Below are positions 1 through 12,778 of a stretch of 64,000 nt of DNA, in pieces. A program made the translations under genes and the position numbers. This DNA comes from Paragordius varius. Taxonomy: Eukaryota > Animalia > Nematomorpha. The notes below the pieces were generated by a model. It saw nothing but the letters and a program-made list of their open reading frames with translations, made no database searches and was not told the origin of the DNA. The number at the start of each line of letters is the position of its first letter. The stretch's first letter is position 1. Location: contig OZ176053.1 of the NCBI GenBank assembly GCA_964247055.1, positions 12,462,001 through 12,526,000 of the forward strand, in the 5' to 3' direction.

Positions 1-259
1 CCTTCTGTCCGGATACAATTTAAGTCCTTACACTTTAATAAAAAAAGAAAAAAGAGACTATAAAGTGTATATTTTTTTTATACAAATTTAGATAAATATT
101 GCGTCTGATAAAATTTGATCGCTATTGTCATGAAATTATCAAGACATAATAATAATAATTTATTTGAATAAAAACAAAGAAATAATTATTTACTTATACA
201 ACAAAATAAAATTTATTTATTTGAAATAATATTATGTGTAAATATACATGTCTTTGGAA

Positions 260-3200
260 TTAAATTTTATTTCCTTTATGCAAAATTCTCCTGAGTTCTT
301 TGGACATAAAATAAGGTCGAGCCTGAGATCCATCATTTCGTTCGCAATCTTCCACTAAAATATAAAAACAAAACCTTTAAATAATATATTATTTTTGCAT
401 AATTTTTTTATTTTTAGATAAAATCAATTCAAATCTGTTTTTCTTAATTGACCAGCCAAAATAATAGAGAATCAAGGTTTAAAACATTATTTTTTTTATT
501 TACTTTATATTATCGATGTAAATTTTCGTTAAACAAGAGGTAAAAACTTACGAAAACATAGAAAAAGAGTATCAACCGCCATCTCATAGATTCCAAAAAA
601 TATTCTGGCAACAAAATAAGCTCCAATGACTTGAACCTATAAAACGTATATTTAATTTAATATCGGACGTTTTCATTATTTTCAAAAATAATAATTAAAA
701 GAGTTACTGCGATTGAAAACTCAATGGTACGAATTTTTGGCAAATAAGGTGTCAAAGGATTATTCATGTAATAAAGGAAGTAAAAAAAGTATCCTGTTAC
801 AGACATAATCACTAATTGGCCCATAAATAGAAGGAAATCGTTCGTTTTTGTTAAAACTATCACCCTTGATTATGTAAAAATATTTGAATTTTATATATAA
901 TATATATATCAACTATTAATTGAAAAAATTTTACGGTTCCACCATATAATACTACATTACATTGCATTATAAAAAAAGACAATCTTTCTTAAATTTTCTT
1001 TAAAATTAATTATTTAACCCACACAGTCACACCTATATATAAATTTCGATCTTTAACTTTTTAATTTTCATAATTTTCAATTAATTATGAGATATATATG
1101 CATAGACAAAAACTTACCGTATAGCATTGCGTACAATCAGGGCAAAGGCATCTGCGGCCGATTGCAAAAAGTTTTTACCATGTATTGCAATCTAAAAAAA
1201 AGATTATCTACAATTATCAAAAACAAATAATTAGTTTGGTACAAATAAGTCAAAAAATCTCAATTTGCGAAGACTATATGATATATTTTAAAAGTAATTT
1301 ACATAGACTTATAATTTCAAAAAAAATCAATAAACTCTTATTTTGACCATTTAAACGATATATATAGTTTATAATAATGCAATACATTACAATGCCAATG
1401 ATAAAAAAGATTTGAGTCAAAAATTTTGGTGTTTGAAAGATTGTGCATTTCAATTAAATAAAAAATTATTGGATTTGATATAAAACAATGCGTTTAAGTG
1501 GAAATCCAAATTTTTTTATAGTACGGTTGAGAAAATTCAAAAAAAACATAATGTAACCATAATAAAAGCTCTCTTGCTAAGAAATTGCAAAAAACGATCC
1601 CAAACCCATAAACAACATCGACAACAATTCACGCAACATTGTAGGGGAGCTACTCCCCGTGAAGGCACACGATCTATGTAATTGTCTTTCACGTATTCCA
1701 CCAAAACTCGGATAAGCTTAGTGATGGCCAACAGCAAGGAACCAAAAGCCAGAGATCCTGAATGATACCTAAAAAAGTATACAGTTTAGAGTCTCTTTTT
1801 TCCTTTTTTATTAAAGGGTAAGGACTTAAATTCTAACCGGACATGTGAAGGCTTTAACACACGCCTACCCAGGGCTGACAGTGATGATGGAAAAAATGCG
1901 TAGTTTCGAAAAATATAATACTTATACTTGTTCATGGCAATTTTAAAACTACGCTTAAATATATATATTTAAAGATGAAATATGCATTCAAATGCCTTTC
2001 GGCCATTATTTGCAAAAGATATTAATGATATGTTATTCTTATTTCAAACCTTTCGTCGCCATGTATTTTTTAATTTTTTGATTATTAGTTAATCATACTC
2101 GCAAATGATAAAAAAAATAACAACTCTCACAATTCAATTGATAATAATTTGGTAATAAATTTAAATAATTATTGATTAAAATCTCTTGTTTCGATTGATT
2201 TTTGGAAGCTTTATTTCTCGGTAAAATTCAATGTTAATGTTAGATAACTATATTATAATATACCTCTAAATATTTTTTAAAATAAAATGGTTTTAATAAA
2301 GTTTTAAACTAATTATATACGTGACAGCCGTCAAAAAAGAATTCCAAGTTGCACAAAATGGTATATCTTTTGGTTTTCTACGAGCCCAATAATAACTTGA
2401 AAATGCCCCAGCCAATGTTATTTGATTCAAGGCATTTGTGAAAAACAGACACCAAAAAGCTGCAAATAAATTGAATATTTGCATGTACGGATACCACCTA
2501 AGTTTAGTAAAAATAATATTTAATATTGTGACATTAGTTGAATTTTTTTGACATAATATTTTTTATTATAAATATATTTATATACGGATGATTTTCATAA
2601 GCCATAAACTGACATGCGGCCAAAGTTTTGTTGGGATCTATGCCCATTACTTGCAATTGTCTCATAAACATCTAAAAGCAAAAATAATATTTCATATTGT
2701 CTTCTTTTATGATAAAATATTTTATAGTGTAAAATTTCAATTTTTGTATTTATAATATTTAATTGCTTATTTCACACTATAATGAAAAAAAAACAAAATG
2801 TTGAATAAACATTTTTTTCTTCTTTCTGACATTATTTTGTTTATTTTATTCAACATGATGTTGTATTTGTCCATACTTTTATGTTACAAATTGCTCAAGT
2901 GAAAACCAATTATTAAAATGCATACTAAAAACCGCGCTAAGTCATTTTAAATATTTGTAAATTTCCAACAAACTTTAACATATTAAAGTTTTGCGAAAAT
3001 AAGATTGAAACTAGCAAATGCCAACTATATGGGAATGGGGTATTATAAAATTTTCCATTATTATATATTTTTAATAAATTCTTCTTTGAACGTACTAAAT
3101 AATAACAAATTTTAAAAAAAGGAAAAAGTTTTGGATATCATTTATAAAAAAATTTTATTTAATGTTGCCAATATTAATCGGAATCATCTTAGGCATGAAA

Positions 3201-6162
3201 AAAACTTCTATATATCAATGCTTAAATCAAAAAAACATGTCCCAGTCTATAAAAATATTATAAATCTAAAGCAATACGATTTTTTAAACAAAAATTCTTC
3301 AATAACCTTAACATATTAATATGCGATCATATTAACTGGGAAAACGTTTTTTAAACTAAACAAATATAAATTAAACTTTACCTGATAATCACAAACTGTA
3401 TGATTTTTGACATATACGATCTCTGTAGCGGCCGAATTTTGAGACGTAATTCCAGTCTCTGAATATCCATGGGCAAAACTCCATTGGCCAGAATTTATCG
3501 TTGACGCCTACGGATTTATAAAAAATATAAATTATAAAGACAAAAAATTATATTTTTTCATAAAACCATACATTCCAAATGTATCAATTAATATTTTTTT
3601 GTTTAAAACCCAAAAAAATTTAGAAACCATGGTCGAAAAACATATGTGTCTTATATATCCGTTTTTTTGCCTTTATAATTGTAATTTTTACTGTATAACT
3701 ATACGGAGTAAATCGTTGATGCATAGTTTCCCATTCAGTTGGAATATTAACCGTTTGATAAATGGGCGTTCCCGATGAAGCCAGGTAAATAGCGGTTGCG
3801 GCCCACAAAACGAAAATAAGCACTTGGCCAATAAAAGGTAACAAAGGCCAAACAAGTGTTCCCGGGATCATATTAATTGCTCTAATTAAGATAGCAGGAA
3901 ATATTTTATAATAATTGGTAATGAAATAAGTTTCAGGGGTGAATATTGGTAGATTCTTACATATTTTTACATATTTTAGCATTAACAAAATTTCATTACT
4001 CCAAAAAAACTTATTGGACTTAAAAGTTATTATTTACACCACAGTAGTTTTTAGAGTTTATATATTCATATGATAAATATTAACACATGATAGAAGATAC
4101 ATAAAATATATGCAAGAAAATACTTGCTAGCTTCCCGTATAAGTTGGACCGCTATTCTCAAGCGTGTAATGAAACACAACGTAAGAATGAGTAGCAAGCC
4201 AAACAAACTTGCCAATGCCAAACCTAATTCATATCCAATATGGGAAAATGAAAGTCGTTTTATTCGAATAATAGTAATATATTATGGATTATAAGAATTC
4301 GTTTATTACGTTTATTCACAGGCATTTGCAAATAAAAGTACAAATTAATTGATTTATATAAAACATAAATTTTATAAAATTACACGATTAAATTATATTA
4401 AAAATCAAATGTATAACTACTAATAAACAATTTCGTAATGGGCAAACGAAAAATTTATTTTTATAAAACAAATCATTAATATTGTAACCTGTTCCAAACC
4501 AAAATTTAGCAAGCTTGTCAGGATTTCGGATAACATAGGCAAATACATCATCCGGAGGTGTTACACCTATTATACTAATGCTTGGTTTATCGGGATTTTT
4601 GATTCGATACCACATTACAAAACAAAAATATGCGCCTGTATACATATAATAAAAAATGGAAAACTGTGTATTAAAAATTAATCCAAAAACCGATAAAATA
4701 ATTAATCAGTTATGGGACAAATACAAAATAAATCTTATAAGAAATAAAATATATGCTAAAATTAAAAAAAGCGGATTAAAAACCATCCATTTTATTATTT
4801 TGCAAAAAATTGGTGTAATATATAAGTTCCAATATATAAAAGCAAATCAAAAAAATACCAAACGCCAATAAACATGCGACCATTACAAAACTGAGTGAAA
4901 CCATGAATGCGGCCAGCCATCGCATTAACGTAATCCAAATCAAAGCTAAAATCATTGCAAACACCAATCCCCTAGATATATATTTTAGTTTAAATTTTTG
5001 GTTTATACGCAATGTATATCCACCAATTTTGTAACAAATCTTCATATATATTTTGTCCATATTTGTAGATTTGAAGATATTTGGCTAAATTTCTAAGCAT
5101 TGTATTATATAAAGTTACCCAGCACTTGTTTGAAATTGTTGCAAAGTATAATTGCGTAAAACACCCTCTTGAGGGATTAAAACATTGACTAAATTCTCAT
5201 CTATAACCGGTATACATCGGCCCAAAACTAAAAATAAAAAATAAGTTCATGCATTGCTTTTTATAAATAATTAATTTAGAAGCTATTCATCATTTTTTTT
5301 ATTAAATTTATTAAAAAAATTGTTGAAGATGAGCTAAAAAGCAGATTTAAAGCTTGTTTAGGGTTCAAAAATAAACGAGATTTTTTTTAACAATATATAA
5401 ATTTTCGCTAAAATAATAAAACCTTTTACCGAAAAATAAATGCAAAAATATCAATATTGATAGAAAATGATTATATATAAATCTTAAAAAATTAATTTAT
5501 TAATGTTAGAAAATGAAAAATACTGGGCATGCTGCGAATAACGTATGGGGCACATTGAGCTTTGGTGACTAGACTAAAAGCATTACTAGACTATATATTT
5601 TATAATCAAAATAAATTTACAATAGGGGGATTATTAGAAGATAAGACACCAGGTTTACAAATCATCCAACTAACGTCATAATTGTTAAATGGATTCACAA
5701 CTTTTGTAATATTGGGGCAAGACGCTACGCAAACCTTTTTTAAGGTTAAAATTTAGATTACTTGAGGTGTTGGACAACCTTTTAACAAAGAGATGCCAAA
5801 TCTGGCACATTGTATAATGTCAAAATAATAGGAATATTTTAAATTTCTAAATTGTTAAACACAACAAAAACTGATATTCGCCGATTCCACACTCTTTGCC
5901 GGTTGAATCTGTGGGATGTAATAAACGTTGAGGATGACCATTTAAAAAGGCTAAAAATTAATGTGTATTTAACCAAAAACTGCGCAAACAAGCCATAAAA
6001 TCCCACAAGCAAAAAATAGGAAGAAACAAATTATATCGGTAAAATGCCTAAAATAATTTATCGGTTACAATACCTTTTCTTTATGGGTCCATTAAAATTT
6101 GGATCATGTACAAATGGTTTACCTGTAAATAATTTGGAGAATAAACTTGTTTCAGAGGTCAT
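260..6162 (-). CDS. Choline transporter-like protein (SLC44A2/4/5-like, CTL family), multi-exon
   Basis: Spliced minus-strand translation starts MTSETSLFSKLFTGKPFVHDPNFNGPIKKR|HFTDIICF, then AFLNGHPQRLLHPTDSTGKECG; later exons FWCLFFTNALNQITLAGAFSSYYW, YHSGSLAFGSLLLAI...CCRCCLWVWDRFLQFLSKRAFIM; C-terminus EDCERNDGSQARPYFMSKELRRILHKGNKI* (TAA 260-262). All are CTL family motifs. ATG at 6162; introns 6048-6073, 5951-5973, 5847-5871 checked for frame. Confidence 0.92.
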
Positions 6163-7058
6163 ACATTAAATTAGAAAAATAATATATTTATACAGATGCC
6201 GTAATATTTTCCATCTGAGCATCAGTTGGGATTCACAAGATATGGGATCATTACTGTTTCAAATAAATTAGGGATTATTATCCGTTAAATATTATACCTA
6301 ATTTATCATTTGAAACTCTATATATTACCAAAAATATATTGTTGCAATATAGTCTGAACTTATCTAGAAATTATTTCAACCCCAATATTTTAAAGGTTTT
6401 AGAACCTGATCTGCAAATTGGTTTAATATTCTATTAAAATAAAAAACATGCGCCTAATCGCATGTTTAGGAGTTATTAGAGATCTGGGTCAATGTGCAAC
6501 TTTTGGTGTAAACTTTGATTTTTCCAAACATAGTTATAACTTATATATTGTATCCAGCCCAAATATACATATATATAATATATACTTAAATAAAGTGTTT
6601 CTTTATGGCTAAACATCATCAATTTATACAGAAAAAGTATTTTATATCATGATAAAGCTTTTTTATACTGTTTCTATTAGGACTCAAAATAATATAAAGG
6701 ACGCTTCAGCAAAATTTTGGTAAGATTTCAATAAGAAATGTGAACATATATATTTGGTTTATATCAAAATTAGCCTTAAATTAAAATTTTTACCGCGCAA
6801 TTTCGGCAGTTTTGTGCATTTATTTCCAAAGAAAGGGCCATTTCAAATCGAAAGAAAAGTAAACTTTCGAAGTCCACATTTAAATGTTTATAGATAATTT
6901 TTTTGATATTTTTGGTAATGAAGTATTTGCTTCCACCAAAATATTGTTAAATATAATGTGTGCAAATTTCATGTTCTAATACGGAGCAGTTGCTGGAAAA
7001 TAACAAATTTTTTGTATTTACTAGTTGCTAAAACCGAAAGTACGAGGTTCTGATGTTT

Positions 7059-7075
7059 TACTATCAGAATATATA

Positions 7076-7105
<30 letters not shown>
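7059..7105. repeat. (TA)n microsatellite, imperfect
   Basis: Long tatatata run; shorter runs near 34060 and 58540. Confidence 0.9.
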
Positions 7106-7127
<22 letters not shown>

Positions 7128-7993
7128 GTCGGGATATTTTTCATTGCCCCCGATGTTTTGCGTGCATAATGTTATATGTCATAAGTACCGCTAATATATT
7201 TTTATAATCAATCCTGATCTATTATGTGCTGGCCGTACAAGATTAGTAGTGATCCATCATTAGCATTTACTGTAAATGAAAGGAAAATTTTCAAGTTTAT
7301 TAACAAAATACCGAGCTAGAATTCTATTCTATATATTCACCCTTTTTCCCACCTAAAATTTGAATTGTTGGTATTCCTCATGCAAACAATAATTTTTCTC
7401 CTTTACTTTATAACTTTTTGGGGTTTCTATTCTAGAGTTATTTTAATTTTGAATATTTAAAAAATTAAAATATTTTATCGAATTTATTATCATCCTTTTC
7501 TCGGCTTTAGGCGCATAAATTAATAAAAATTAAAAAATCCTTATCACAAAATAAAAATGCGAGTGTATATCACGATAAAAAGTGGAAAAAACTTTGCAAA
7601 GCTATTAAATTTTGTTTTAGACGAAATTTTGATATTTTTATTTAAAAACCAGCGATTTTCTACGGTCGCGTTTTGTACAATAAAGGTTGGAAAATATGTA
7701 AACGATAAACCATTATTTAAAAAAATGACAAACTAATAATTATAACCGAAACAATATTCAAAATACAAGTTTTTTACAAGTTCAAGCAAGATGCTAACCT
7801 ACGCCAAAATATGATTTTTAAATAAAACAAAAGGTGAATTAATGTTTTTAATAATTTAGGACTCTTTAGTGACACTTTTTTAACTCAAGTCAATAAATTA
7901 AGAAATTAATTATAAAATGTTTATAATACGTGTCAATAATTATGTGATTTACATTGCTGCATATTTGACAATTTGAATAATATATTTTTCAGG

Positions 7994-8577
7994 TTAACAC
8001 TCGATTCAAATTGGGGTATCTAAATACCCCAGACAAAATTTAAATTAAAATTTTTAAAAAACTACTGAAGGAAACGGTCCCAATTTAAATTTATGCTTCT
8101 ATCCTGATAAATATTATATAAATATGCCAAAATATCTTAATAAAATTTTGTTTTGAAAAAAAAGTTCCATCTCAAACTACTTCGACGCCATTTTTATTTT
8201 ACAAAAATTTTGCAAATATCGTCTTCATTTAATTTTAAGGGTAAAACTAAAGCTTATTTTTTTATATAAATTACATCTAACATTAAATAGAAAAAGCGGT
8301 TTATTTTGTATTATTTTTTAATTTTACAATTTGACACATGTCACGTTGACTAAATTTTTACCTATCACATTTAGCTTAAAATAAGTTATATCAAGTATTT
8401 TTGAATAATATTTTTTATATATTTTTGTTTATTAATGTTATATAAGTGCAAAATTTTGCCATGGTTTCGATTGCTTCCATACTTTGTAAATTATTTGGTT
8501 TTAAACAGGCCTGGGGTATCCAACTACCCCAATTTGAATCGAAGGACTAAAATGAGTGGGTTGTATCCAAGTGTTAA
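7994..8577 (+). mobile_element. piggyBac-type MITE, copy 1 (TTAA target duplication)
   Basis: TTAA-CACT...AGTG-TTAA ends; ~35-nt subterminal inverted repeats (tcgattcaaattggggtatctaaataccccagac / ctggggtatccaactaccccaatttgaatcga); three more copies in the window. Confidence 0.8.
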
Positions 8578-8647
8578 AGCCGTGGATAACTTAAGCCGTC
8601 TACAAAGAAGTGCAAATTAATATGTTAAACATATGGCAAATTTTTAG

Positions 8648-9852
8648 ATGGATTGGTTGATTGGGTAACGTAGTTCATTAAAATTTAGTAAATCAAAAAA
8701 GAAAGAAAAGGAGATAAATGGAAATATAAGGCCCAAAATACCTCTTTATTGTGAACTACAATATTGCACAACGGCTTTTTTGGCGGTTTCTGAATTAAAA
8801 GAATTAATTTATTTTCCGTCACATTTAAATGCTAAAGAATGGATTGCCTTACAAAGTAATTATTGTTTAATTATTGACAGCTTATTATGTATTTGGAAAT
8901 ATCAATATGTTATATGAAGTTTTTTCTGACTTCTGTTCTGCATCCGAGTGTCCAACAATGAATGGAGCTGGAAATATGTATATCTGTTTTGCTATATTAG
9001 AATATATTTTTGGATTGATGAAAAGGGTAAGAAAAACAAACTTTCGGCTCCACACTATATAGACAATGTTTTGTCACATATACAAAAATGGATTTTAGAC
9101 GAAAATATTTTTCCTACAAAATTCGGTAAATACATTTAAAAGTAAATTAATTCCGAATTTTTGTTTTCTGGAAAAAATATTATATATATAAGGACTTTAA
9201 CACTTTTAATCGATCAGGGGATTTAATTTTGCGTAAATCCAACTTTGCAACGAATTCAAATTGAAAATTCGATTTATACTAAATAATTATTAAATATTTT
9301 GATTAAAATTAGTTTTTTATCGAATTTCTTAGCCAAAATAATCTTCTGCGAATAACATTTATTACACATTGTGTAGGCAACGTTTTTCCCCCAAACTTTG
9401 AATGTTACATTCGACGCATCATAAAATGGTTGTTTCAAGTTTTGAGTCACATATATCAAAATCATTACGTACATGCCATACAATTAAATGGTTTACACTC
9501 CCATCTCAACACTTTATTGGTGCATCTTTTGGTCTTAACTGCTCAAGTTGATCGAATAGACAATAACTGCTGGACAGAAACATCTGGAGGCGACTCTTTC
9601 CCGACTTTAACTGTTTCGAATTCTAACGCTGCGACAGCGTTTCCATCAACAACAACAAGCACTGCTCCAGGAGCCAACTTGTCAGAATCAATTCATGATA
9701 TAAATGGTGGACCCACCACTGCCGCGACCGTTGTTCCCTCCTCTCATGAGTTTGAGAAAAGTCTTTTTCAAACTTTCATACATGAGAGTAGTCCATTAAC
9801 GGCACTTATTGGAATTCTTAAGATCCGTGATGATCTTGTTTCAGATCAATGA
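8648..9852 (+). CDS. MOB2: MOB kinase activator 2-like
   Basis: MDWLIG|KSKKKEK start (cf. MOB2 MDWLMGKSK), KELIYFPSHLNAKEWIALQT, FSDFCSASECPTM, YFWIDEKGKKNKLSAPHYIDNVLSHIQKWILDENIFPTKFG, FPPNFECYIRRIIKWLFQVLSHIY. Introns 8665-8688, 8856-8880, 8978-9000, 9126-9376. Confidence 0.9.
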
Positions 9853-12778
9853 TAGATTGGTCTTGTATCACGCTGAAATAGATAATACTCAGTATTGCAT
9901 AACTATATATATATTTCTTGGTTTACCATTGTTTAAATAAATAAATTATATTATGTTTGCAAGATTTCAACATTTGAAAGGATAAGCAAAAAGTTAGTTG
10001 GTTAAACTAAGTTTCATATCACTTTTCGCACACAGTGCATTTAATTGGTATATATTTATAAAATAATTATACTCAAATTCTAATTTTACAAATTTATGAA
10101 TTGCTTAAAAAATAAGTAATATTTGACATAATTATAGTAGATTAAATTAAAATAGTTAAATTTATAAACCAAGGACACAAGGGGCCTTATGCGACTTTTT
10201 CTTGGTGTAAATTATTTTTTTTATGATAAAATCAATATTTTTAATATTCGATATTCTATTTACTGAATTGATAAAAGTATTATCGGTTTTTTTGGGTAAT
10301 ATCTTCTGTTCTGGCAGCGGAATAGTTAACAAAATAAATAGTATTTAAAAATTTTATTGTTTCAAAATATTAAGACTCATAATATTAGGTAATTATAAAT
10401 AAAGTTTGTGAGTGAAGTGTTTAATTTTAGGTGTGTCCGAAAATTACTTTGCGAGCCATATAAAAAAAATATTTGGGCATTAATAAAAAATTATTTAAAT
10501 AAAACAGTAAAACCATTTGCAATCCCATGTTCACTAATTGTTTACCAGTTCGTTAATATTAAAATTAGTATTAATTTTACTAAGATTTATTTTGTATAAA
10601 TAGCTATATTTTTAAAGAATTTATATTTCTATTTTTTCCAAATTTTACCTCTTCCCCACGAATGATTCCGGAGGGGCGCGTGTTCTTCCTTACACATATA
10701 GGTTTTTCAATATTGAATTAAACAGGTAAATTTGTATGCCTATTTAAAGCGCTTATAAAAAATGTCCTACAATGTCTATTCAAGCCCTTGTAATGTATTA
10801 CAAATTCATTGACGGGTGTATTGTGGTAGCGATGGTTTTATAATACCTTGAAATTTATTAACGGATTTCCAAGTTGAAAATTGGCGCCATAGCGACTTGC
10901 GACAGGACTAATATACTGGAACAAATAATTTTGGCTTACACTGCTCAACAAGGTTTTGCACCACCCCGTTTTTTTTGCATTTTCTGTTAACTAATGGCAT
11001 GGAAAATCCAAAACAAAAAAATTGGAGACCGCCAACAGGTTTTTTTTAAAATTTAATTTTAAATTTTATATAAAATTTAAAAAAAAACAATTATTCCTCG
11101 TTTATATATATTTAAATATTTCAACGAAGAAGTCGATACAAATGGTATTTCAAAGCTAGATTTCACATTATATAGAACGAAAATGCAAAAATGATCCAAA
11201 TATACCAGCCCTATACGATACCACAGAAGATTTTTTTATTAACGCAGACTCTACAGAAAATGTTATTGACGATCCATATAATTAAATTTTATAAAAATGC
11301 CGTCGATCTTTTTTTTTTGAAAATAGAAATTGCCCAAAATCGCTGTTGAAGGTCTGTTCTCTCTTTTGCACGAGAAATACATCTTATCGAGCGGGCTTGT
11401 TATTCGACATAGAAATAGACAATATACAATAATATGTTTTAATGAATATATTAATTAAAAATTGTATGTATTAAATAAAAGATAATACGCAACTTTAAGA
11501 ATAATTAAAATAAATTGCTAAGAGCTAAAGAGTATTAAAAATTGATAAGGGCTAATGTGTGTTGTGATATCCCGGCGGCTTGCACAAGCTCTGCAAAAAT
11601 CACCCAAACATTCCTATAATTATACCAGATATGGTAAAGATATACAATTGAGGTGATTAGAGCTCGGTAGGAGAGACCTGCAATATAACATAGTTAACTT
11701 CGGCAAAATCCAGGGAAATTGACATGTCAAATTTACCAATTCACAGAATAGAGTTAGACAAAGTTGACAATGAAATCGGATAAGAAGATTGGATAAGTTA
11801 AATGTTCATATTATTGTGGTTCATATAATTATGGTAGGATATCCATCATCCAGGTAATAAAAGTGGCTGCCCAACATCCATCTGAAATTCAAATTATACG
11901 GCAGCCAATCATTTTTTATAAATAATATCCACTAGGTATAAATAACAGGATTTTTTGTAAGAATCAACCGAAGAAAAAAACCCTAATAAGTACTAAAAGT
12001 AACCAAATCTATCAAAACAAATATTGCTTATCTGAAAGCCGAAGGTTTAAACTACCAAATACCTCTTTTAGTATTTTTTAATATAAATTTATACGTGTTT
12101 AAAATTAGATTAAAAAAGACTAAATTTTAACATTTATACCCGTACAATTTTATTCCCTGATATTTAAATGACATATTTATATTCAAAAAAATAAAGTTTA
12201 AAACGCTTTATTAAATGATATTAATTTTATAATATAATAACTCTTTATTATAAATTTATTTAATTTTCTGCCCATTTTCTCTTGTTTTTAAAAAAACCTG
12301 TAATATCTTAAAATTCTGGAAGGATCAAAATTTTTATTTGGTTTTAGAACACTGAAATCAGTTAAAATTCAAAACGTCCAAATTTGTCGACTAATGTTAT
12401 TTTTTGCGCAATCGATAAAAACGCAACAAAAAGATAAAAATTTATGTGTTTTGTTCAATTTTTTATGAATTTTAATTTTGATAAATTTAATTTTTATCTT
12501 TTATTTTAAATAATCATTATAAAAAGATAAGCATTAATTTAATGTGGGATTAATAATTATTATTGATTTAAAAGAGTCTCATGTGGCTACATTAATATGC
12601 CTAATATAAAATGTTTAATACATTATATTTATGGTATAATTATTTCCTGTTGATTAGAAAACTCCTTTATAAAAACTATAGCGTATCATAGTAAATAAGG
12701 TACAGTTTTTACCTTGAAAAAAGTTTTTTTATAACCGCTTATTACAGCCAATAATATATTTTAAAAAAATATATAAAA

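Noticed and set aside
1875-1930. C-box-like GTGATGA suggesting a snoRNA
   Set aside because: On the strand opposite the host gene and no convincing D box or terminal stem.
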